A DNA stretch of 64,000 nt from Tubulanus polymorphus. Taxonomy: Eukaryota > Animalia > Nemertea. Shown here piece by piece: positions 38,579-49,265 of this stretch. The translations under genes were made by a program, and so were the position numbers. The notes beneath the pieces were generated by a model, which was not told where the DNA came from, ran no database searches, and saw only the letters and a list, made by a program, of their open reading frames with translations. Numbering within the stretch: the stretch's first letter is position 1; every line of letters begins with the position of its first letter. The stretch lies in the NCBI RefSeq assembly GCF_964204645.1, contig NC_134026.1, positions 15,038,150 to 15,102,149 on the forward strand. The letters are read 5' to 3'.

Positions 38579-39171
38579 TTATTTTAGTTAATTTTTGTTC
38601 TGATTCATTTTCTGTTTCGACGTTTTGTTGTAGTACATCTGTTTCGTTCTTACCTGATTTATATTCCATAGGTTTGATATTCGAAAATGTTATAACTCCA
38701 GTAGAAATCAATGTCATAACCGATCCTAATTGAAATGAAGCATATCCAACCCATTTTTGTAATTCAGTCATAACTAAATAGTCATTTTTCAAATCATTAT
38801 ATAATTTATTTTCATCATCAATTGGTATTAACTGGTTACATAACTTAGAATAACATTTGACAATACCATTAGAAATAGAATCATTTATTTTAGATAATCT
38901 TGCCTCTTCATAAATCTTAAAATATTTTATTACTTGATCGGGTTTCATAGCATCTAATTCTTGAAAAGTAATAGTCTTAGTTAAAAACTCTTTAGTTTCC
39001 ACCAGCAATTAATAATTCAAGATGATGCTTACAATATAAATAGTATTCATAATCTATATTGTTATTAACTTGAATAGAATTAGAAACAACTGTATCTTTA
39101 TTATCACTAATACCCAAATCATCTAATGTTTTTTCAATATCAATACTATTCTTATTAGATTTCTTTGACAT
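38571..39171 (-). pseudogene. Frameshifted mirror copy of the 200-aa ORF
   Basis: 2-nt deletion in an A run near 38998 (ggaaac vs ggaaaaac). Confidence 0.75.
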
Positions 39172-39473
39172 TTATATTAGAGAAATTTAATAAGAATAGT
39201 ATTATAAGTATTCTTCAAATGATACTAGCTAGTTAAAGTTAAAGAATTCTAGTATTGACTACTGATACTAGCTATTTGAATTTAAAGAATTTCTATTTGA
39301 ATCTATTCAAAATATAAAGTATTCTCTTTTGAAAAGAAAATATTAAAAATATAATAGAATTCATTAGCTAGTTGAAGTTATTGTTTTTTTAATATATTTT
39401 ATTTGAATTCTATTTGATATCTCACTACTATTGTCTATCTATTAGGAGCAGTAACTATAACTGTCCAGATAAG

Positions 39474-40148
39474 TCATTTCGGATCCTTGATATCAAATTC
39501 CTCAACGTATTGTTCATTCTGTGGGTTACTATTCCACCAATCAATAAATTTCCTTGCTTTATTCAACTGTTCCAAATATAATTGTAAATCTAGTTTATTA
39601 GATTTGATTTGATTTTCTTTCTTTTCTAAAGGTCTTAAATTTTTCCAATTCCAAATAAGTTTTTTATTGTATTCATCATTCATGTTAAATTTAGATATTG
39701 GTAACACGTGATCAATATGGTAATAATCCCCATAATTATCTATATTCATTTTATCATCGAATTGAAATATAATCCATGATTTGAGAAATTCATCTGAACA
39801 ACCCAATAAATTAGATAATGTTTCTGAATGTGTTTCTTTGTTGAATAATTGTGTTAATCTAGATCTTAAGCATTGTTTCAATCTAAAATTAAGATCTGTT
39901 TGATATCTTTCTCTCATATATTCTGTCATATAATCATTATAAGATTCTCTATTATCTTCTCGATATTGTTTGGTATATAGTTTAATACAAGTTTTACAAT
40001 AATATTGAAAACCATCTTTGCTAATCTTACGCTTACTAAATTCTGTTAATGATTTATCTAATTCACATTTAGAACACTTTTTGTAATATATGTTTATAAC
40101 GCCAGTGTTATTTGTAATATTGATAATTTGTGGTTGTTCTGGTTCCAT
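39474..40148 (-). CDS. HNH endonuclease, mirror copy
   Basis: Same protein as 32285-32959. Confidence 0.8.
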   Translation of the reverse strand: MEPEQPQIINITNNTGVINIYYKKCSKCELDKSLTEFSKRKISKDGFQYYCKTCIKLYTKQYREDNRESYNDYMTEYMRERYQTDLNFRLKQCLRSRLTQLFNKETHSETLSNLLGCSDEFLKSWIIFQFDDKMNIDNYGDYYHIDHVLPISKFNMNDEYNKKLIWNWKNLRPLEKKENQIKSNKLDLQLYLEQLNKARKFIDWWNSNPQNEQYVEEFDIKDPK

Positions 40149-41288
40149 TTATTATACGTATTTTTTTACTAAATTGGTTAATATTTTATAATCCTCTTCC
40201 ATTTCTTCGACTAACGTCATCCTTTTTCATTCTTCGTTGCTTTTGATAAGTTGTTTCGATTCCTTGATATCTAAATAATACCAGTTACAATACCCGCGTC
40301 ACATGCGGACATACAGGAGCGTTTTTGCTTAATGCGCATGCGTTATTCATAATTATATATTCATTCTATAAATTCTGTAAAATAGAAACAACACATGTGT
40401 CACATGCGGCCATTTATGGCCGGTTTTGATCAATACGCATGCGCTAATCATAATTGTATATTCATTCTATAAATTCTGTAAAATAGAAACAACTGAACAT
40501 AGAAAATTCGAACGCATTCATGTCCCTCGTCACATGCGTTACATGTGTCACATGCGGCCATTTATGGCCGGTTTTGCTTAATGCGCATGCGTTAAACATA
40601 ATAGAAACGACTGAACATAAAAATTCACAAATCAGATTTACACAATACATTATACAAGTTGTTTAGTCATTTCTTCTAATACATCATTTGATTTCTATAA
40701 ATACAATTTATAATTACAAACATTTTTTCAATTGCTGGTAAATATTTAACTACATCAACAAATGTTAAACTTAATCATTGGAGTCTTAATGTTTTTGAAA
40801 TTCTTATATAGTTTCTTCGTTGATCTTTTGGTGATTCTATTGGTTTGATATCCATTGCTGTTGATTCCTCAGGCAGAAAGAGTATCTTGAGTTTCTCTAT
40901 CGCTTCTTGATGCGTATGGCGTTTTATTAATCTAAAAGATATTAGCGGTAACTCTAGCTATCTAAAAGATATACTAAATACACTTAAATATATCTAAAGG
41001 TTTCATATTTAATAACCTTAATAACTATAACAAACAGTACTTACATTTAGATTTATAATTGTATACTATAAACTCCTTATTTCGTTTCGAAAGATAGAAT
41101 ATCCTGAGCACAATATTACAGCATATGTCCATTTCCGGGGCGATTTCTAGAATGAACACGTCGTTGATTATGCCACGTCATCTAGTTCCGGCGCGCCTTT
41201 TCTAGAATATTCTACACGTTTCTGATTATGACGTGTCATAATGTCTCGTCGTTATAGTAACAACTGTAACAGCTGTGAATTTATAGAT

Positions 41289-41549
41289 TTATTCTATAGC
41301 TCTGTACATTGAATGTATATAGGCTAAAATAGAATGATTTTCTAGTATAAACATCGTATCCTCAACGTATTGTTCATTATTTGGATCAGTGTTCCATAAT
41401 TCAATAAATTTCTTTCCTTTTGTTAACTGTTCTGAATACTCTAGTTTCAATTTATTTTCTAAATGTGTTCTAGTTTTATTGTGTCTTGCTTTTTGGGATT
41501 TATCTATATCGATATTACATGTTGGGCAGTAGTACTTATTTGCTTCCAT
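41289..41549 (-). CDS. Zinc-finger protein, mirror copy
   Basis: One amino-acid difference from 30884-31144. Confidence 0.7.
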   Translation of the reverse strand: MEANKYYCPTCNIDIDKSQKARHNKTRTHLENKLKLEYSEQLTKGKKFIELWNTDPNNEQYVEDTMFILENHSILAYIHSMYRAIE

Positions 41550-42033
41550 TTTAATACTATATTTTTTATCAAAATTGATTTTAGAAGTTCAATGATTTAA
41601 ATGTTATTCATATATATGAATATTTTAAGAGTAATAGGGATAATGGGCTTTCATATCAAAGGTTTAATGATCGAGTTCATTAATAACATATATTAAAAGT
41701 AATTAAAAACTATAATATATTTTCATAACCGCGTGCATTTCAGTTGAATAATAGAATAATTATTATCATTTGAATATATTTGATTATTTGAATTTGTGTA
41801 TTGTAATTAAATCAATTGGTCGCGGAGCGGAGCGGTAGCGAAGTGGAGCGACCAATTGATTTAATACAATATGCTTTTTATATTATTGATATCTTAGAAT
41901 AAATATTTAGTTTTAATATAAAATGCACGCGGTTATGAAAATATATTATAGTTTTTAATTACTTTTAATATTTTGTTTTTTAATGGGCTCGACCGTTCGA
42001 CCTTTGGTATGAAAGCCCATTATCCCTATTACT

Positions 42034-42256
42034 ATTGTTTTTCATCTTTCAATTTTTTAAGATTAATTAAATATACATGAAATATATTTTCCATCTTTGC
42101 ATTTAAATTATTAGTTGCAGTAACATAAATATCTAAATTAATAAATGAACTTAAAACTTCATTTCTATATGAAATATCTTTATCAAAATTTATTGCAGGA
42201 ATATTATATTTAATTGATTTATTATATTGAAAAGCTTTTGGAAAACTATCTACCAT
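42034..42256 (-). pseudogene. N-terminal part of the split Polinton ORF
   Basis: In frame with 29876-30393 after removing the insertion and one TSD copy. Confidence 0.8.
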
Positions 42257-42269
42257 TTATATAATAAAT

Positions 42270-42703
42270 AAATTAATAATTTATTAATTCTTTTAATAAT
42301 TTATCTTGTTCTTCAACTGTTATATTACCATTTAAACTTATTATATAATCTAATGTATTTTTTAATTTATTAATTTCTTTTATATTATGATTTTTTCTTT
42401 ATATCTTTTTATATTTAATTTTGAACTTATGCCAGTTAATACACTTGAACATAAACCCAAAGCTCCAATTCAGATAGCTTAAGGTGTTAATGGTGAGAAT
42501 AATGCTAGAAATGTTATTACAGAACTAATTTTAACTGAACTACTAATAATAAAATAGTATATAATTTTACTTTTTAAATATTTTTTCTTTTTAAGTTTTA
42601 AATCATTTTCAAATTCTAATATTTGTTTTTCCAAATATAATTTTAATTTAGTTTTATTTATATCTAGATGAATAATATCAATATTATCAACTTTATCAAC
42701 CAT
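42270..42703 (-). pseudogene. Small coiled-coil/TM Polinton ORF, decayed
   Basis: Coiled segment then hydrophobic IIYYFIISSSVKISSVITFLALF; premature stop. Confidence 0.5.
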
Positions 42704-42722
42704 TTATTTAGAAAAGATATTA

Positions 42723-43154
42723 CTAATTAGTAAATTTATAAGAAACAAATAATACAATAACTGTTCCACCTATAATCCAAATTATTTCATATTTCTGCTG
42801 TTCACTACTTGGTGTATAATAATCTGATAATTTAGGTTTATATAGATGTAATTTTTCACGATTTGTTACTGCGTTATATAAACTCATAGCTTCGATTGAT
42901 TGAAAATCTCTATGTGTAATTTTCTGATTATATAATTCTTTATTGATGTTATCCATATAGTTTTGCCTCTTTTCCCTATATTCTTCTGCAGCTTTATTGT
43001 ATTTCTTTAATGCTAAGTTATGTCTTCTTTGTTCTCCTAATGAACTATTTTTACCAATATGCTTAAATAAATAACCACCACCTGTAAATGCTAAAGCGTT
43101 AACAATTGCCGATCCTATAATAGTTATAATTGCAGATGTAAAAAAATTATGCAT
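42723..43154 (-). CDS. Polinton-associated 143-aa protein
   Basis: GSAIVNALAFTGG.YLF, E.RRHNLAL, PKLSDYY.PS..Q.KYE and a C-terminal TM; resembles a small-ORF family I recall from invertebrate Polintons. Confidence 0.65.
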   Translation of the reverse strand: MHNFFTSAIITIIGSAIVNALAFTGGGYLFKHIGKNSSLGEQRRHNLALKKYNKAAEEYREKRQNYMDNINKELYNQKITHRDFQSIEAMSLYNAVTNREKLHLYKPKLSDYYTPSSEQQKYEIIWIIGGTVIVLFVSYKFTN

Positions 43155-43156
43155 TT

Positions 43157-43377
43157 ATATAGGAGGAATATATTTTTGTTTTTCTAAATAATCAATTGTT
43201 AAATTAGATAAAGTAACTGCTAATGTTATTTCTTAAAATATCATTGATATCAAATATATCAACATTAACACTTCCCATTTTAAATACTTTTTTGATACCA
43301 TTGAATAACCAACAGTTCCAACTGATAGTAAGGCACCATTATATAAACCAGTTATTATCCACTTATTATCACTCATT
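43157..43377 (-). pseudogene. Small hydrophobic Polinton ORF, frameshifted
   Basis: MSDKWIITGLYNGALLSVGTVGYSMVSKKYLK...LTIDYLEKQKYIPPI. Confidence 0.5.
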
Positions 43378-43749
43378 TATTAATCAAAAAAATTACCACC
43401 TTCAAAATATTTAGTTATCTTATTTATGATTATTTCAACATTTATTTCATAACTAGTTTCATTTGTATATATTTCAATTATTATTTTTTTAATATCATCG
43501 ATGATAAAATCTTTATCTAATTCATAAAATCTTAAAGATTATCTAATTAAGTCAGTAATCTTTTCTACATTATAAGTTTCTTTATTTATAGTTTTTTCAT
43601 AATCAAATGTTGTTTCATTATTAAATGCAATATTTTTGATGTGAGTTATGACATCATTAATGTGAAATTTCATTTCTTTCTCACGTTTAAAATCAAATCC
43701 AAAACATATACTCGGACCAACAGTTATATTCATTTATATAGTGATAAAA

Positions 43750-44285
43750 TTACTCTCTACATCTTATAACTAATTCATATATCACAGGAAAGTTATTCAA
43801 ATCAATGAAGTATCCTATATGATTTCTAACTTCTAATTTGAAAATATTAAATCGTGAAATACAAGGTTTGAAATCACAGTCAGCTAAATTATAATTTATT
43901 TGTGTTCCAAATTGTTTTACATTTTTCAATGGTAAGATATTTATTATACTGGAATTACAAGTTGTTTCTTTAGTTGTTTCGAATGTTTTTACAGGATCAA
44001 TTAAATTACAATAAATATAGAAATGTGTGTATCTAAATTATATAACCCTGGTTTTAAATAAAGGGGATACCATTTATTTTTAGTCTTATTAATAACTGCA
44101 AAACCTCTATGATCAATAGATTTTTCAGTTATATTATGAAAAGGATTACATAAACTAATATTTACTCATTTTAAATCTACACAATTTCTAAATTCTCTAT
44201 CTAATTGTACAAGTAAATTATGAGATTTATAATTTGTAAGTCTTCTAGAATCAACAAATATTCTATATTCTTTTAATTCAACCAC
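43750..44285 (-). pseudogene. Minor capsid (penton-like) protein remnant
   Basis: Hand translation: IFVDSRR...NPFHNI...LKPGLYNLD / FYIYCNLID...IINILPL....FG...Y...FKP...FKLEVRNHIGYFIDLNNFPVIYEL. Confidence 0.6.
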
Positions 44286-44346
44286 TATTTAGAACACAAA
44301 AAAATTACCTCGAATCACTAAAAATTAATTTTAATAAAGAAGATAG

Positions 44347-45643
44347 AATGTGAAATTTGTGGTGAACTACAAAGAAAAAGTAATATGGCTCGATATATGA
44401 AAAAACATGATGAAAATTATAAACCCCCTAAAATAAACTGCCCAAATTGTAATAAATTATTCTCAAGAAATTATGTTAAAAAACATTCAGAGAAGTGTAA
44501 AATTAATGATTCAACGGTTAATGTTGATATTAATGAAAGTAATAATAATTCTGTTGAAACTGAACCTGAAATCATTTGGAAAAGACCTTTCTTATTCTAT
44601 GATGAGAATAATATAAAAGATCATTTCTGTGAGTATTGTCGAAAAAATATAGCCCCGAAAATATAGAAGATTGGGAGAATCATCAATTTCGTAAAGTACA
44701 TATAGATAAAATTTCTAGTAAATTTGAAACAGAATTTAATGAAAGAAAAAATAAAAAGATAAGAAAAAATAAAATATGAGAAAACGTTACAAAATAATGA
44801 AGAAACACTTGAAAAGTTTGAAAAACAATATAATGAATTAGCAAGGAAAACATATTATTGTAAATATTGTAAATTGATTATTACAACAAGTAATTTAAAT
44901 CTACATAATAGAACAATAAAACATAAAGAAAACGTAAGGAAATACCAAGAACTTAATGAAAATCTATTACCAAGATATGATAGAAAAAATGCCCACAATG
45001 TATTTATGAGTACTTAAGACAAGAAGATTCTGTAATATTTTGTAATGAATGTGGATGGCAAAGAAATTTATGGGGTGATGAAAAAACTAGAGATATTCTT
45101 ATAGAACCAAAATTAAAATATCTAGATGAAATTTTTAAGATATTTTCTATGGAAGATCATACACCAGAATATAAGCAATGGCTTGAAAAAATGAAAATGA
45201 TAGAAAATAAAAATGGTGAAATAACTATGAAAGAAATAATAAAAACAATTATTCCATCAACATTTACCACAAAAGAAAAGAAAATGTATTTATATTTATT
45301 ATTTAACGATTATTATAAAAAACCTAAATTAACAAAAGAAGATATGGAAAATATAAAAGAAACATTCACAAACATATTAAAATATTATGTGGATAATAAA
45401 ATAACAGATTCAATTAATTATGAATTCTGTTTAAATAAGATTGTAAATTTTTTAAACATCGATATTATAATTCCATTTGATGAATTAACGAACAAAAAGA
45501 AACAAAGAGAGCTAGATGAAATGTGGAATAATAAAGAACTTTATTTAAATGAGAAAAATGAAATGGAAGAACCTAAACAATTAAATAAAAATGAAGAAAC
45601 CAGTAGTGATTGCGAGTATGATGATCTTGATGTGTTGTTTTAA
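44347..45643 (+). pseudogene. Multi-zinc-finger Polinton ORF, decayed
   Basis: ECEICG, CPNC..H...C, CEYC, YYCKYC....HNRTIKH, FCNECG across frameshifts. Confidence 0.55.
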
Positions 45644-45945
45644 TGGCCATAAGGTAATGTTTTTATTCCATCACCCAAAACATATCTTTTATCATCAAAT
45701 GGATTTAAACTAGTTTTTTCAACTTCATTAATGTACATCTCGTGATCTTCTGATCTCAAACAATTCATTTTGTGTTTCATGACAATTGAGTTATATAAAC
45801 ACTTTATATAATCTTGAAATACTATATGTTTATCCACCACATGGTTTGTTATTCCTTTTAACTTTTTAGCTTCATGGTATTTTGTTCTATAACTATACAT
45901 TTTACTTCTTATCCCAACAAATTCAATCATTTCATCACCCCCTAA
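45640..45945 (-). pseudogene. Protein-primed PolB, C-terminal part
   Basis: EFVGIRSKMYS, KKLKGI, K..LNPFDDKRY......TLPYGH. Confidence 0.9.
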
Positions 45946-45996
45946 TTAGGGTTTTCTGTTTCTTCACAGAAAACCCTATTGAAATTCGCGTGATTG

Positions 45997-48510
45997 TTAG
46001 GGTCTTCTGACTTTCGTCGAAAACCCTCTTGTAATTCTGTTGATCATCCATTTTTAGTTTTCAATCAAAGACCAACCTATGAATTAAAGTACATAATTTT
46101 CTTATAACAACCTGGAATAAATTAAAATAAATCTAAGGAATTCACCAAATTTCTGTATCGAACCCCTAATAGGGCCTATATAACCTATAGATTGATACTT
46201 ACATACGACAAATTGACGAAGAAACTTCATTTGACAGTATACAAACTCGTGGACAAACTCCTAAAATGAATCATGTCCTATTCACCTAGAATCAAACAAA
46301 ATACAACTAAAAGATTCACAATACAGATTTCGGTTTCGAATCCTTCAAATAGCTGTTTACTTACATGAAACGAATTATCAAACTACTTCTGCCGACAGCA
46401 TACCAACTCGCTGACAAACCCCCAAAATGAAACGTGTCACGATAAACATCTGGAATTAAACGTAATAAAGCTACAAAATTTACAAAATGTCGGTTTCGTT
46501 TACACTTACAAATGATGGATTATTAAACAACTTTGAACTCCCACAACGCCACATGTCTTTGACAATTTACAGTGAAAACCTAGAATTAAATGAAATAAAT
46601 CTTACAATTCCGATTTGAACCCAACGTAGGCCCTCTCTCTACTTGTAGGCCTAAGATCTTGAAATAGGATAAATAATGTTATGATGAAAGAGGCATAATG
46701 GTTCGGAAAAAATTGAATTCAATATGACTCTTCGCCCGGCAAAGTTTGCTTTTGAAATATCCTTTTGATTAGGCCTAGTTACACATTTTAAAAGCAAATG
46801 ACATTTTGCATCAAACTAAAAGCGGCTTTGTTGAGGAAAAGATTCATTTGAGTCGTAAAATTTATAGCCTAGAACCAATTTCTTCGTCAAAGCGTGATGC
46901 ACAATTTTGAATGGGTCTTTTTTCCACGTGGTAGTGGACAGAAAATTTGAATAGGCCTAAATAATAGAATAATCTTTCTTAGGTTGCATGATAAAGATAC
47001 AGCATTAACATAGATTAATGCTTATCTTTTACAATTAGGCTTATGTTTCAAAGGAAAACGCCCACAGTTGGTCGAACAGGGGTTAGGCATTGATGGTAGA
47101 GGGGCTGTGTGTGTGCTGAAACAGAGATAAAAATGCACGGGAACGAGTTTGTCGAGTGGAGCTTATTATTCCATCAGGGATAGTGTACTAGGCCTATAGT
47201 CATGTTATATATCAAAATGTTCCTTATTAGTTCCGCTGCATCGCTAAAAACAAATTGAGATAGGTTTCCCTGCATTTTTTTACATATTACATCACTTACA
47301 ACGATAGACGTCCGTCGCCGACTGAAAAATTCACAAAAACTTCCGCATTGAGAGCGCCACCGCACCAATTCAAATTCAATTATATGGATCGGAAACCCTC
47401 CAGCGATGCACTCTATGATCTTTAGAACCTGTCTTTGCTGACTGGGAATAAGATATTTCTCAGCGCGAAGGGGGCGGGGCGCAGCGTCACCAGATCCCGC
47501 TCCGCGAGGAAGCTAGATTTTTAAAGAAATGAGTGCACGCGACGGCCGTGACCACTTGTTAGTGACGTCATCAAGAAGGATGGCTCCGAGAATCGTCACA
47601 TCACAGGTTACTGTGAATATATGGGATTCGACCATTCAAAAGTTCAAAATGTACTTTCTTGTTTTGTAAAACAAGTTTATTCATGTCGTTATATAAAGCA
47701 TTTTGTTTGAAACATTCTTTAATAATGTTTGTTGAGTTCAAAGCCAATTGTCGTTGTGTAATTCCATACTGGACATCAAAGTTTTAGTTTCTGTTCACAT
47801 GTTTCGACTTATAAATATCCAACTTGTATGTTCTATCTTTTAATACAAGCCACGTAATTCATTGCGTATCACTCCATTAGTTTAAAAAGAGAGCACATAT
47901 TTCGATATTGTTAAATAATTAACTACATTTTTTTCTGTCACACGTTGATTTTTACCCATCACTTATAAAATTCAAATGTGCGTGATGTATTCTGTAAGCT
48001 ATGTAAGCTTGTTCTTAAAAATACACTATGAATTTTCAATTTGTACTGACCATAATAATTTATTTTTCGTAAATAAAATTTATATTTTAATTAAATAATT
48101 TCAAAATCTTTTCTATGCCCTCTGCAACAGAAAGTTACTAAGGACTATTACATATTCAGATGTTCGTTGATGATTGATTTCAATCGTCCCTTGAAATAAT
48201 TATATGAACATTATTTCGGAAAATGCAGGTGGCGCACAATCATAATACATACAACTCATCAAGCTGACGAGTCGTTTCCGTAACCAATGTTACAGACGGG
48301 TAACCAATCTACTCGACTCCACAGACAACTAAACGACCCGAGTAACCCCCAATTTGACTATAACTATAAATTATGTTATGTTAAACCGTATTGGTGTGAC
48401 TTGACACATCAAATGCGTATCCCGCATTGATATATTTCTATTATCCACTTTTCAAATTATGAATAGCACGCCTGCTCAGAAAAGCCGTTATCGCTGCTTT
48501 GCAGCTATAT
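45997..48510 (+). mobile_element. Second Helentron-like copy nested near the outer copy's left end
   Basis: Starts ttagggtcttctg...gaaaaccc; ends atcgctgctttgcagctatat. Confidence 0.6.
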
Positions 48511-49265
48511 TTATTATTTTTTTCCCTTTTCCACACAGTTTAGGTAGGCTACAATCCACGTAGACTCGCGATCGACTGTAGTCGATGTTCTGTGTGACCC
48601 AGTTATTGCTCAATCATTACAACTACCCTCCACCCCTTTTGAGATAGTGGACGCGTTCCTGGACATAAATTAGTGATCCCCAGTCAATTGCGCGGCCATT
48701 TTGATGACGTATCGCCTTGTTTTCGAATTTTTGCAATCGGATCATTTTTTCCAAAAAAAATCTCCGCGGATAAAAATACCTTCATTTCGGATCGAAAAAT
48801 AACCGTCAAGGTGAGTTTTAATAACTTTTTAAACATTTTTAATAGATTCTTAGACATGTTTTTAGTTATGTAGAATAGGTTTTATAAATTTTTATGGAAC
48901 CGAAATGATGTTTTAGTGGGCGGTTTTGGTCCGGTCATAACCCGGAAGATAAATACTGACGATGACGAAGGAAATTTCGTAGTCGCTTCGGAGGCAATTT
49001 ACTGTCACTTTAACATCATAAATTGTCTCCAAACCACCGGGAAGTAATAGCTACATCCTTAATATTACTTTCTGTGCAATTGATTCATAATTAGAGTTTA
49101 TAGTTTAGCTGTATAATGCTGTTTCTCACAAAATGTTTTAGTCACGTGACCCGAATCTGCGGCTTCGATTGGCTGAAGGCTTTGTTATTGTAAACAAGTA
49201 ACCACGTGCGTTTGTTTTGACACATCATTTCATGTTATTTACCAGTTTATTCTTGTATTTTGTAG

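Larger units (their letters stand above)
30400..42033. mobile_element. 11.6-kb palindromic Polinton/Maverick-derived element
   Basis: AGT...ACT termini; 6-bp TSD ATTGTT (30394-30399, 42034-42039); 30400-35113 mirrored by 37113-42033 with very few differences. Confidence 0.92.

Noticed and set aside
30400-42033. Palindrome as a fold-back read or assembly artefact
   Set aside because: Flanks are not mirrored, carry a direct 6-bp TSD and rejoin one ORF in frame; the arms differ by several indels. A read-level check is still advisable.
48262-48345. CTGACGA as another hammerhead (also near 26765)
   Set aside because: No matching stem II plus GAAA and stem I could be built
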